Shown piece after piece: positions 43,454 to 53,387 of a stretch of DNA of 64,000 nt. This stretch comes from Aliarcobacter sp. (lineage in GTDB: Bacteria; Campylobacterota; Campylobacteria; Campylobacterales; Arcobacteraceae), in the NCBI GenBank assembly GCA_028690445.1, contig JAQVBE010000009.1, forward strand, positions 10,874-74,873, read 5' to 3'. The notes below the pieces were generated by a model. That model made no database searches. It saw only the letters and a program-made list of their open reading frames with translations, and had not been told where the DNA came from. Within the stretch, counting starts at the first letter, position 1, and the number at the start of each line of letters is the position of its first letter. A program made the translations under genes and the position numbers.

Positions 43454-45088
43454 TTAAGCTATGCTTTTTAAAACTAAATCTTGGGCTTCTTTTATTAGTA
43501 ATTCTAAATGCTCTTTACTTATAAAACTCTCCGCATAAATTTTATAAATATCTTCAGTTCCAGATGGACGTGCAGCGAACCAACCGTTTGCAGTTGTAAC
43601 TTTTAAACCTCCAATACTTGCGTTATTTCCACTTGCATTTGTATAGATATTTTCTATTTCTTCATTTGCTAAAGTTTTAGATGTAACATCTTTTACACTA
43701 AGATTTTTTAGTTTAGCTTTTTGTTCATAATTTGCAACAGCATCAACTCTTTTATAATAAGCTTTACCAAACTCTTTTTCAAACTCTTGATAAATAACTC
43801 CTGGATCTTTTTTTAGTTTTGCAGTAATTTCAGCCGCTAAAAGATTTAAAATAATTCCATCTTTATCAGTAGACCAAACACTTCCATCTTTTCTTAAAAA
43901 TGAAGCTCCAGCACTCTCTTCTCCACCAAAAGCTAAACTTCCATCAAATAAACCTTCAACAAACCATTTAAATCCAACAGGTACTTCATAAAGTTTTTTA
44001 TCTAAAGATTTAACAACTTTATCAATCATTGAACTTGAAACTAAAGTTTTACCAACTCCTAAATCATTTTTCCAAGATTTTCTATTTGAAAATAGATACC
44101 AAATAGCAACCGTTAAATAATGATTAGGATTCATAAGTCCTACACTTTTTGTTACGATTCCGTGTCTGTCAAAATCTGGGTCATTTGCAAATGCAATATC
44201 ATATTTATCAGCTAATTGGATAAGTGAAGCCATGGCATATGGTGAAGAACAATCCATTCTTATTTTTCCATCATGGTCACATGACATAAAAGAAAAAGTT
44301 GGGTCAATTGAATCATTTACAATATCAAGATTTAGTCCATAAATTTCATTTATTTTTTTATAAACTTCTAACCCTGAACCTCCAAGTGGGTCTACACCAA
44401 TATTTAGATTTGCATTTTTTATAACATCCATATCAATAATAGTCTCTAAAGCTTTTACATAAGGAGTGATAAAATCAGCAATTTCTAAAAACTTAGATTC
44501 ATATATTTTATCTTTTGCTATGAACTTAACATCTTTTAGACCATCTTTTAATATTTCATTTGCTCTTTTTTCTATAACAGATGTAACATCAGTATCAGAA
44601 GGTCCTCCATTTGGAGTATTGTATTTAAATCCACCATCACAAGGAGGATTATGTGATGGAGTTATAATTACACCATCGTTTAAATCTTTTGAATTTTTAT
44701 TTGATTCGATTATTGTAAAAGACATAACAGGAGTTGGAGTATATGAGTTTTTTGCAGCTATTTTACATTTAACTTCATTTGCTAAAAAAACTTGTAATGC
44801 TGTTTCTTGAGCTGGTGTTGATAAAGCATGAGTATCAATTCCAATATGCATAACACCAGTTATTCCAGCACTTTTTCTATATTCACAAAGTGCTTGTGTG
44901 ATTGCTAGAATATGGTTTTCATTAAAACTTGATTTTTTAGAATTTCCTCTATGACCAGATGTTCCAAAACTAACTTTTTGACTTTGAATATTTATATCTG
45001 GCTTATTAACATAATAAGCTTCAATTAATTCTTCAATATTTTCTAGTATTTCTTTAGGTGCTTTTTTACCTGCTAAATTATTTATCAA
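43454..45088 (-). CDS. pgm: Alpha-D-glucose-specific phosphoglucomutase
   Basis: FGTSGHRG, TPSHNPP, DPDFDRHG, GEESAG, AARPSGTE. Confidence 0.95.
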   Translation of the reverse strand: MINNLAGKKAPKEILENIEELIEAYYVNKPDINIQSQKVSFGTSGHRGNSKKSSFNENHILAITQALCEYRKSAGITGVMHIGIDTHALSTPAQETALQVFLANEVKCKIAAKNSYTPTPVMSFTIIESNKNSKDLNDGVIITPSHNPPCDGGFKYNTPNGGPSDTDVTSVIEKRANEILKDGLKDVKFIAKDKIYESKFLEIADFITPYVKALETIIDMDVIKNANLNIGVDPLGGSGLEVYKKINEIYGLNLDIVNDSIDPTFSFMSCDHDGKIRMDCSSPYAMASLIQLADKYDIAFANDPDFDRHGIVTKSVGLMNPNHYLTVAIWYLFSNRKSWKNDLGVGKTLVSSSMIDKVVKSLDKKLYEVPVGFKWFVEGLFDGSLAFGGEESAGASFLRKDGSVWSTDKDGIILNLLAAEITAKLKKDPGVIYQEFEKEFGKAYYKRVDAVANYEQKAKLKNLSVKDVTSKTLANEEIENIYTNASGNNASIGGLKVTTANGWFAARPSGTEDIYKIYAESFISKEHLELLIKEAQDLVLKSIA

Positions 45089-45288
45089 GTTTTATCCTTT
45101 GCTATTTTAATTGCTTTTATAAAAAGAAGTGTTATTTTATCGAAAATGCCCTTTCAATAAGGAAGAGAAAATATGAAATGGGAATTGGAATAATTGTTAG
45201 TATTTATAGGAAATATTTAAAAACTGGGTAGAAAGTACAAATAATATGTTTATTAAGTATATATAATCACATAATGATTTATTTTTTT

Positions 45289-45534
45289 TTACCTAAAAAA
45301 CTCACATAAATCAACATCAAAAATTATTGATAGTTTATAAAGCTGGTTGAGATTAAATCTTTTCGGAGATTTTAAAGATTCGGCATTTGTAACAAATGAT
45401 GGATTAGATAATCCAAGAGCTAAACTAACATCTAGTTGAGTTAAATTTTTATTTAGTCTAATTTTTCTCACATTCTCAGATACTTTTTTATGAAATTTAT
45501 CAGTTTCTTCTTCTGTGATTTCAGCAATGAACAT
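45289..45534 (-). CDS. XRE-family HTH transcriptional regulator
   Basis: NVRKIRLNKNLTQLDVSLALG...LYKLSIIFDV; AAGG RBS. Confidence 0.85.
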   Translation of the reverse strand: MFIAEITEEETDKFHKKVSENVRKIRLNKNLTQLDVSLALGLSNPSFVTNAESLKSPKRFNLNQLYKLSIIFDVDLCEFFR

Positions 45535-45562
45535 TTCTTACCTTAATAAAATTTGTTCAATA

Positions 45563-45605
45563 ATATTACTTATGGGTAATATCTAATAATACCTTATGGT
45601 AATAT
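45563..45605. promoter_or_regulatory. Tandem pair of inverted-repeat operators upstream of the XRE gene
   Basis: ATATTAC-N6-GTAATAT (45563-45582) and ATAATAC-N6-GTAATAT (45586-45605), 23-bp period. Confidence 0.65.
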
Positions 45606-45701
45606 TTGGCATAATCAATTTATTTATTTTCAAGAATAAGTAAAACTAAAATGATGAATATATCAATTAAATTATAAGAATCATTATATAAAAGGAAAAA
45701 A

Positions 45702-46034
45702 ATGAAAAGAATAGTTTTGAGTATGGTATTAGGTTGTTCGTTGGTTTATGGTCAGGCAGCATTAACTTTTGAAGATTTATATGGTGAAGTACAGGTTAAT
45801 AGTATTGTTGCAGAACAATGTCTTGAAGAAATAACTTTTACAAGAAATATAACGGGTTTAAAATGTAAATTTTATACAAAAACAATACCTAGTATAGAAG
45901 TCTATAAAAAATTGATAAAAAAAGAATTTAAAGATTTTAATTCTTCAAATTCTTTATGGGATGAAAATGATTGGAATATATTAAAAAATGAAATGAAAAA
46001 ATTAATTTATATTCATAGTATCGTTACACAGTAA
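45702..46034 (+). CDS. Small exported hypothetical protein
   Basis: Signal peptide, two mature-region Cys; AAGGA RBS. Confidence 0.65.
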   Translation: MKRIVLSMVLGCSLVYGQAALTFEDLYGEVQVNSIVAEQCLEEITFTRNITGLKCKFYTKTIPSIEVYKKLIKKEFKDFNSSNSLWDENDWNILKNEMKKLIYIHSIVTQ

Positions 46035-46060
46035 TTTCAAAACAAAGGAGTTTTAAACAA

Positions 46061-48088
46061 ATGAATCATTTCATCAATGTATTAAAAAAATATGCTACTT
46101 TTAGTGGTAGAGCAACTAGGTCAGAATACTGGTATTTTGTATTGATATATTCCATTATATATACAATTCTTATGGGTATAGATTTAACTATTGGTACTTT
46201 TAGTAAACAACTTATGGAAAATGGAAGTTTTTTAGGATTTCTTAGTACTGCTTATAGTTTGATTTTATTTTTACCTTGTTTGGCTGTAACCGTTAGAAGA
46301 TTACATGATATTAATAAAAGTGCTTGGTGGATTTTACTTATATTTGTTCCTATTATTGGATGGATTATGTACCTAATTTATCTTTGTACGGATAGCAAAG
46401 AAGATAATAAATACGGGATTAATCTAAAAAATTTAGTAAATGAAAATCAAAAAGATAATTTTTCATCTGAATCTTCAAATAGTGTTATTGAACAATTAGA
46501 AAAATTATCAAAACTAAAAGAAGATGGAATTCTTACTCAAGAAGAGTTTGATACTCAAAAACAACAAATATTAAATTCTAAAGAAAAAACAACTCCTACT
46601 GAAAATAAAAGTGATAAAAAAGTATTTGTTATAAGTGTAGTTTCTGTTTTATTTTTAATAATCTTAGGTGCTTTTATTGGTTCAAAAGAGAAATTAAATG
46701 ATTTTTCTTTTGGAAAAACTGAAAATAGATTTGGCATAAAAGAGATAAATAATTTGATTAATCTAAATGATGATTTTAAAACATCATGTGAAAAATTAAA
46801 AATGTTATCTCCTTATACTTACACTATTACTCCAGGGGAAAGCTACTATTGGTGTGGTATCAACAATGGAGATATTAATCTAATTAGTTATGATAATAAT
46901 ACTGTAGATGGTTTTGTAACAAGTTTTACTTATAATGGATTTCAGAATTTATCTGTTGAAGAAGTAAAAAAACTTTTTAGAAAAAAAGGTTATGAAGAAT
47001 TTGCAAAAGAGAGTGCAGAATGGGTGTCTTTTAATAAAACTGAAAGTCTTGTATTAAAGCTTGATGATTTTAATCAAATCACATATTTATCTTTGGATAA
47101 ATATATTCAAAATAAAAATCAAGTTTCTAGAAATCTTACAAAAGTTAGAAATTATGTACATCCTATAAATAAATCTATTACAATAGGAGAAGCTTTTACT
47201 AATTTTGAAGATTGTAAAAATCATACTTGGGAAGAACTAATCACATCAAACAATAGAGAAATGGTTCAGTTTACTTGTGATATTTTAAGTGAGAAAAGAT
47301 TTCTTGATGAAAATAGCTTAAAATTTAAACAAAATAACATAAAAATATCTCCACTTTTATTGATGGGTGCAATGGCAGAAGATATTAAAGAAGTTAATTT
47401 AAATGCACCATATATGAAAATAAAAAATTTTAAAATGATTGTACAGTTTACTATTAATAGAGATAATACAGTTGATGTTTCATATTTAGGTAGAGAAATT
47501 GAATGGGAAAATGGTGAAAAATATTCGCCTAGTGTTTCAAAAGATAATATAGAAAACATTTTAGTAAATGTAATTTATCCAAATAAAAACTTTTTTGAAT
47601 TTAATTCAGAGTTAGTAATCAAAAATCAAATGGAAGAGTTAAGTTTAGCTATATATGGTATAAAAAAAGAAGATATTTATAATTTTGAAATAAATAAATA
47701 TTTTGATAATTATAGAAAGTATTATTTAACAGTTGCAAAATTAGATAACAATACAAATGAAATAAAACAAAATCCTGAAAGTGCTAAATTGGAAATTTTA
47801 AAAAGATTTACAGCTTCTAAAAACTTTGATGATGTATATACAGATGTAAAAAAGTTAAGTAATGAATATGTAAATGCAGAGTTAAAATTGAATGAAGCTT
47901 TTAAATTATCAAAAACAAAACTAGATGAAAATTCACAAAAGATATTGAAAAAAGAGCAAAAAGAGTGGTTGTTACTACGAAATAAAAATGCTTTAGATAA
48001 TGCTTCAAAAGATTGGAGTAGTTTTATTAACGGATTGATTAGTGATACAGAATCAAGAACTATTCAAGTATCAAAATTTTTAAATTAA
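46061..48088 (+). CDS. DUF805 + SHOCT + TM + extracytoplasmic region + LprI/DUF1311-like fusion protein
   Basis: FSGRATRSEYW...VRRLHDINKSAWW (DUF805); LEKLSKLKEDGILTQEEF (SHOCT); LNEAFK...LKKEQKEWLLLRN...RT (DUF1311-like). Confidence 0.78.
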   Translation: MNHFINVLKKYATFSGRATRSEYWYFVLIYSIIYTILMGIDLTIGTFSKQLMENGSFLGFLSTAYSLILFLPCLAVTVRRLHDINKSAWWILLIFVPIIGWIMYLIYLCTDSKEDNKYGINLKNLVNENQKDNFSSESSNSVIEQLEKLSKLKEDGILTQEEFDTQKQQILNSKEKTTPTENKSDKKVFVISVVSVLFLIILGAFIGSKEKLNDFSFGKTENRFGIKEINNLINLNDDFKTSCEKLKMLSPYTYTITPGESYYWCGINNGDINLISYDNNTVDGFVTSFTYNGFQNLSVEEVKKLFRKKGYEEFAKESAEWVSFNKTESLVLKLDDFNQITYLSLDKYIQNKNQVSRNLTKVRNYVHPINKSITIGEAFTNFEDCKNHTWEELITSNNREMVQFTCDILSEKRFLDENSLKFKQNNIKISPLLLMGAMAEDIKEVNLNAPYMKIKNFKMIVQFTINRDNTVDVSYLGREIEWENGEKYSPSVSKDNIENILVNVIYPNKNFFEFNSELVIKNQMEELSLAIYGIKKEDIYNFEINKYFDNYRKYYLTVAKLDNNTNEIKQNPESAKLEILKRFTASKNFDDVYTDVKKLSNEYVNAELKLNEAFKLSKTKLDENSQKILKKEQKEWLLLRNKNALDNASKDWSSFINGLISDTESRTIQVSKFLN

Positions 48089-48177
48089 AGCTTAGATTAA
48101 TATATTTATTTTGAATAGTAATAATTTAAGAGTTGATTTCCGCTACAATGATAATAATTTAAGTAAAGGATTAGTTT

Positions 48178-49839
48178 ATGCAGAAATATGAAAATACTAC
48201 AATATCAAAAATAATGGAAGAAATAAATATAAAATATTTTTTGCCAGATATTCAAAGACCTTATGTTTGGACACCTGAACAAATTTATGCTTTATATGAT
48301 TCTATAATGAGAGGCTATCCAATAAGCACATTTTTGTTTTGGGAAGCTCCTGCTAATATTATAGATACTTTAACTCCAAGATATGAATTTTTAACAGCAA
48401 ATAAAAAAGAATATATTGATAAAGTAAATACTGATATGAAAAAGGAAATATATTCCTTGGTTCTTGATGGGCAACAAAGATTAACAAGTTTATTTCTTAC
48501 TTTAAAAGGTAATTTTGTAATTAAAAATAAATTAATGGATTTATATTTGAACATATTAAGTGGACAAGATGAAGATGAAAATGGCAATTTGTTTGAATTT
48601 AAATTTTTTAATGTGGAATTGAAATTAGGTAATATTTTTAATGATGATAATAAAATATGGATAAAAGTAAAACATATTTATTCTTATACTGTTGATTTTG
48701 ATTTAGAAGATTTCATTAGTGATTATATTAAAAATAATACAAATTTTGAACTAACAAATGAACAAAAAAGAACTTCAAGAAAACTATGGTCAAATTTGAA
48801 ATATCATGAATTGATTAATTATTATCCTGAAAGAGAAGCAAGTATGGATAAGGTTTTAGATATTTTTATTAGAACTAATGCTGGTGGAACAAAACTTAGT
48901 AAATCAGATTTGTTATTTTCTACAATAAAAAGAAACTGGTCAAATGCTCGTGAAGAATTTAAAACTTTAATAAATAACATCAATAGAAATGATAAATACA
49001 ACTTTAATCACGATTTTGTTTTGAAAACTTGTTTAGTTTTATTTTCAAATTCTCAAAATGATATTAAGTATAGTGTTGGAAATATAAATTCTCAATTAAT
49101 TAAAAATATAGAAAATGAGTGGGCTAATATAGTTAAATCAATAACTATAATAGTTGATTTGATTGATAATAAATATAGGTTAAGTTCAAACAAGGTGATT
49201 TCAAGTTATAACGCATTAATTCCTTTAATTTATTTTGTATACAAAAATAAATTATTAACTATTGATAACGATAATTCAATTTTAATGAAAAAATGGTTAA
49301 TTAAAATTTTGTTAAATGGAATATTTGGAGGTCAAGCAGATACTATGCTTTATATTTCTAAAAATGGCATTGATAAATCAGAAGAAAAAGTTTTTCCTTT
49401 TTATGAAATTAATAAGAGCATAGTTAATTCTAAAAAATCATTTAATTCTATTAATGATATATTAGAGAATCCAAAATTAAAATATAATTCAAGTGATAGT
49501 TTCCTTATATTATCTTTATTATATACAGATATTAATTTTAATGCTTCATATAATGGTAATTTACCACAGCAAGACCATATATTCTCTCAATCTTGGTTAA
49601 GAAATAACGGTAAAGATGAATTATTAATTAATAGTATTTTTAATATACAATTTTTAGATGCTTATAGTAATCAAAGTAAAAATGATACTGATATAATAAA
49701 TTGGCTAAATCAAATATCACAAGAAGATAAGCAAAAACATTTTATACCTGAGGGAGAATGGAATTTAGATAATTTTGAAGAATTCTTAGCAAAAAGAAAG
49801 AAATTATTTAAAGAAAGATTAGAACCGTTATATAATTAA
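48178..49839 (+). CDS. DUF262/DUF1524 GmrSD-like type IV restriction endonuclease
   Basis: PDIQRPYVW, LDGQQRLTSL, IFIRTNAGGTKL, QQDHIFSQS, NIQFLDAYSNQSKN. Confidence 0.85.
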   Translation: MQKYENTTISKIMEEINIKYFLPDIQRPYVWTPEQIYALYDSIMRGYPISTFLFWEAPANIIDTLTPRYEFLTANKKEYIDKVNTDMKKEIYSLVLDGQQRLTSLFLTLKGNFVIKNKLMDLYLNILSGQDEDENGNLFEFKFFNVELKLGNIFNDDNKIWIKVKHIYSYTVDFDLEDFISDYIKNNTNFELTNEQKRTSRKLWSNLKYHELINYYPEREASMDKVLDIFIRTNAGGTKLSKSDLLFSTIKRNWSNAREEFKTLINNINRNDKYNFNHDFVLKTCLVLFSNSQNDIKYSVGNINSQLIKNIENEWANIVKSITIIVDLIDNKYRLSSNKVISSYNALIPLIYFVYKNKLLTIDNDNSILMKKWLIKILLNGIFGGQADTMLYISKNGIDKSEEKVFPFYEINKSIVNSKKSFNSINDILENPKLKYNSSDSFLILSLLYTDINFNASYNGNLPQQDHIFSQSWLRNNGKDELLINSIFNIQFLDAYSNQSKNDTDIINWLNQISQEDKQKHFIPEGEWNLDNFEEFLAKRKKLFKERLEPLYN

Positions 49840-49852
49840 CAAAGAAGCCTAA

Positions 49853-49880
49853 TACACTAAAATCAAAAGATTTTAGTGTA
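49853..49880. terminator. Hairpin between the GmrSD-like gene and porB
   Basis: TACACTAAAATC-AAAA-GATTTTAGTGTA, 12-bp perfect stem. Confidence 0.7.
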
Positions 49881-49885
49881 AGTTT

Positions 49886-50854
49886 TTACATTCTAATTTC
49901 TTCTCTTTTTTGTAAGAATACCCATCTCTCATTGATTCTTTTTTGCCACTCGTCAATTAAATATTCATATTCAGGTTTGAATAAGTGTTTAAATCTAGGC
50001 TGCGCACCTAAATAATCTCTAACTGGAATGATATTCTTTGGTCTATAAGTGATATTTAATTCTCTTCCTCCAATGATTTCATACAATGGAAATACAAGTG
50101 AATCAACGGCTAAATCAGAAACTTCAATAGTTTGATTTGGAGCAAATTTCCATTCAGTTGTACAAGCAGACATTGCATTTATAAATACAGGTCCATGTGT
50201 ATCAAAACCTCTTTGGATTTTTTTAACCATATCTTTCCATTTATTAGGTGCTACTTGAGCAACATAAGGTGCTCCATGTGCTGCCATAATAGAAACTATA
50301 TCTTTTTTCTGTCTTTTTTCACCATAAGAGTGACTTCCTGCTGGTGCTGTTGTTGTACTTGACCCAATAGGAGTTGAAGAAGATCTTTGACCTCCCGTAT
50401 TTGCGTAAACTTCATTGTCTAAACAAACATACATAAAGTCATGTCCTCTTTCAAAACATCCAGAAATCCATTGGAATCCAATATCATAAGTTGAACCATC
50501 TCCACCAAATGTTACAAATTTTGGTTGAGGAGTATCTTCACTAATTCTACCTTTATTTCTTAAGGCTTTATTCATTGTCTCAACTCCTGCCATTGCAGTT
50601 GATGAGTTTTCAAACCCAATATGAATCCAAGAACAATCCCAAGAAGTATGAGGATAAATAGCTGTACAAACTTCTAAACATCCAGTTGATGCAGATACTA
50701 CTAAGTTATCATTTGTTGCATTTAAAACTTCTCTAACAATAATAGAGTGAGCGCAACCTGGACATAAAAGGTGTGAACCCTCAAATCTTTCAGCTGCTGT
50801 TGAGAATGATTTTAAATTTTTAATCTCTTTTTGTGTGTTAACAAGTGTACTCAT
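49886..50854 (-). CDS. porB: Pyruvate:ferredoxin/flavodoxin oxidoreductase beta subunit
   Basis: LCPGCAH, TGCLEV, GGDG, DNEVYANTGGQRS. Confidence 0.95.
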   Translation of the reverse strand: MSTLVNTQKEIKNLKSFSTAAERFEGSHLLCPGCAHSIIVREVLNATNDNLVVSASTGCLEVCTAIYPHTSWDCSWIHIGFENSSTAMAGVETMNKALRNKGRISEDTPQPKFVTFGGDGSTYDIGFQWISGCFERGHDFMYVCLDNEVYANTGGQRSSSTPIGSSTTTAPAGSHSYGEKRQKKDIVSIMAAHGAPYVAQVAPNKWKDMVKKIQRGFDTHGPVFINAMSACTTEWKFAPNQTIEVSDLAVDSLVFPLYEIIGGRELNITYRPKNIIPVRDYLGAQPRFKHLFKPEYEYLIDEWQKRINERWVFLQKREEIRM

Positions 50855-50856
50855 TT

Positions 50857-52092
50857 TTATATTCCTTGCGTTTCATAAAAGCTAAGTTCTGGACCTCTTA
50901 CTCCAATAAATCTTTGGATTTTCCCAGATAATTTACCATCTTTTGCTTCTTTATCTAAAGTTCTAAATATATCTTTTAAACCAGCAACAGTCATATCTCT
51001 TCCACCTAAACCATAAATTAGATTAGAAACTAAAGGTCTTGCCGATGTGTTGATTAATGCCCCTGAAACTTCATTAAATAAAGTTCCAACTGTTCCACCT
51101 GGAGCAGATCTATCCATACAAGCGATTGCTTTTACATTTTGTAATGCAACTGCAACTTCTTCAAGTGGGAAAGGTCTAAATACTCTTGGTGCTACAACCG
51201 CTGCATTAATTCCTTCAGCTTTTAATTGATCAATTGCTAGCATTGCAGTTTCAAAAGTTGAACCTAAACATACAATTGCAATATCTGCGTTTTCTAAGTT
51301 GTAAGACTCAACAAGTTTATATTCTCTTCCTGTTAATTCTTTAAATTGTGCAAATATTTCTAAAATTACTTTTTTAGAACTCATTAATGCAGCATGTTGT
51401 TTTGCTTTATGTTCAAAATGCCAATCTTGCTCTGTTTGAACACCATGAGTTACAGGTTTATCAAAGTTTAATAAAGCATTTACTTGTAAGTAATCACCTA
51501 CAAATTTACAAGCAACATCATCTTTTAATGGTGTAACATTTTGAGCTGTATGTGAAGTCATAAATCCATCTTGATTAGAAATAACTGGAAGTCTAACCTC
51601 TGGATGTTCAGAAATTTTAAATGACATTAAAGTCATATCATAAGCTTCTTGAGGTGAAAATGCATCAATTGAAATCCAACCAGAATCTCTTGTAAGATAT
51701 AAATCTGAGTGGTCACCATTTACATTAAGTGGAGCAGCTAAAGCTCTATTTACTAAACATAAAACAACAGGAATTCTCATTCCAGATGCTTGGTATAAAG
51801 TTTCAATCATAAGTGCTAAACCTTGTGAAGAAGTTGCAGTTGCCACTCTTCCACCAGCTGCTCCTGCACCAATACATGCAGACATAGCTGCGTGTTCAGA
51901 TTCAGTCATCATTACTTCACCATCAATATATCCGTTTGCATGAAACATTGCATAATTTTCAACAGTAGCCGTTGATGGTGTAATAGGATAAGCAGCAACA
52001 ACATCAACATCAGCTTGTCTTAAAGCCTGAGAGTTTGCCATGTTTCCATCCCAAACTTCTACACCTTTTAATTCCATAATTCTCTTATTCAT
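50857..52092 (-). CDS. porA: Pyruvate oxidoreductase alpha subunit
   Basis: AYPITPST, ESEHAAMS, TSSQGL, GLGGRD. Confidence 0.95.
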   Translation of the reverse strand: MNKRIMELKGVEVWDGNMANSQALRQADVDVVAAYPITPSTATVENYAMFHANGYIDGEVMMTESEHAAMSACIGAGAAGGRVATATSSQGLALMIETLYQASGMRIPVVLCLVNRALAAPLNVNGDHSDLYLTRDSGWISIDAFSPQEAYDMTLMSFKISEHPEVRLPVISNQDGFMTSHTAQNVTPLKDDVACKFVGDYLQVNALLNFDKPVTHGVQTEQDWHFEHKAKQHAALMSSKKVILEIFAQFKELTGREYKLVESYNLENADIAIVCLGSTFETAMLAIDQLKAEGINAAVVAPRVFRPFPLEEVAVALQNVKAIACMDRSAPGGTVGTLFNEVSGALINTSARPLVSNLIYGLGGRDMTVAGLKDIFRTLDKEAKDGKLSGKIQRFIGVRGPELSFYETQGI

Positions 52093-52505
52093 TATTCTTC
52101 ACCTTTTTTCTTTTTCTCAGGCCATTTACCAAGTGCATCTTCAACAGTTTCATATTCATTGAACATTAGAAGTGATTTTGGATTTGTAGGACAAACGCTT
52201 ACACATAATCCACAACCTTTACAGTGTTCGTAATCAATACCTTTCATCTCTTTATTTCTAGCAATAATAGATGTATCTGGACAAAATATCCAGCAGTTTT
52301 GACAGTCAATACATGTTTCAGAATTCCAAACTGGTTTAATAACTCTCCAGTCTCCTACGCTCATGCTTTTTGAACTAGTTTCTGAATATAATCTATCTTC
52401 AGGTTGAATATCTGCTATATTATAATTTATATCTCCGTTAAATGTGAATAAAGCAGCACCAGGTACTAATTCATCCCATCCCATTTCACTTATTGGTTTA
52501 CTCAT
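52092..52505 (-). CDS. porD: Pyruvate oxidoreductase delta subunit (2x 4Fe-4S)
   Basis: CIDCQNCWIFCP, HCKGCGLCVSVCP. Confidence 0.93.
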   Translation of the reverse strand: MSKPISEMGWDELVPGAALFTFNGDINYNIADIQPEDRLYSETSSKSMSVGDWRVIKPVWNSETCIDCQNCWIFCPDTSIIARNKEMKGIDYEHCKGCGLCVSVCPTNPKSLLMFNEYETVEDALGKWPEKKKKGEE

Positions 52506-52515
52506 TTCTTATCCT

Positions 52516-53079
52516 TTAATAAACTTCATCGTAAGCTCGTTGGATTGCAATCATATTTGCGTCAATAACATTTTGAGGTAACTTTTTTAGTACACCTTTC
52601 ATTTTCTCTTTGAAGTAATCAAGTTCGAACATTCCGCTTACTTTCATAAATGCACCAAGCATTGGAGTATTTGGAATAGCTTTTCCTATTGTATCTCTTG
52701 CAATTTGAAAACAGTCAAGTACGAATACTCTATCTTCAATTCCTTGTAAAACTGGAACTAAAGAAATCAATTCTTTCTTTTGTAAGTGTGTAGTTATTAT
52801 ATATTTTGTTGTATCTTTACCATTTGCAGTGATATTATCTGTAATAGCTAGACCTGGATCTAGTATAAATACAAAATCTGGTTGCATATATTTTTCATGG
52901 TTTAAAATTGGTTCATCATCAATTCTATTATAAGCCGTCATAGACGCACCTCTTTTAGCTGAACCATAAAAAGCAAAAGCTTGAACTTGTTTACCTGTTT
53001 CAGCAACAACAGAACCAAGACCTTTTGCCCCTGTTACGGCACCTTGTCCTGCACGGCTATGCCATCTAATTTCTAACAT
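52516..53079 (-). CDS. porG: Pyruvate oxidoreductase gamma subunit
   Basis: EIRWHSRAGQGAVT, YGSAKRG, PNTPMLGA. Confidence 0.93.
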   Translation of the reverse strand: MLEIRWHSRAGQGAVTGAKGLGSVVAETGKQVQAFAFYGSAKRGASMTAYNRIDDEPILNHEKYMQPDFVFILDPGLAITDNITANGKDTTKYIITTHLQKKELISLVPVLQGIEDRVFVLDCFQIARDTIGKAIPNTPMLGAFMKVSGMFELDYFKEKMKGVLKKLPQNVIDANMIAIQRAYDEVY

Positions 53080-53387
53080 AGAGGCTCTCCTTATTATTAA
53101 TATTAAATCTAACTTAAAAAATTCAATTAGTCTTTAGTATTATAAATAATTTTAGCTTAAATGAACTTTTATTTATTGATTTCACTCTTATATTTAAGAG
53201 TAAAATTAAGATTTTTTAAAATAAAAATTAATTCTATAAATTATTGATATAAAATAAAGTACTATTTTATCGTTATATTTCGTATTATTATAGAATAATA
53301 CAAATATGAAAATATTATAGAATTAAAAACTTGTTTTTTAATGTCAAATAGTAAGTAGTTTATATTATTAAGCTATTATTAATAGTA

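Noticed and set aside
43454-49839. Functional link between pgm (glucose-1-P) and the GmrSD-like enzyme (glucosylated DNA)
   Set aside because: Opposite strands, separated by other genes; adjacency is sufficiently explained by an insertion hotspot
53080-53387. Long AT-rich intergenic region as a possible sRNA or repeat array
   Set aside because: No repeats or stable stems visible; consistent with the por operon promoter region
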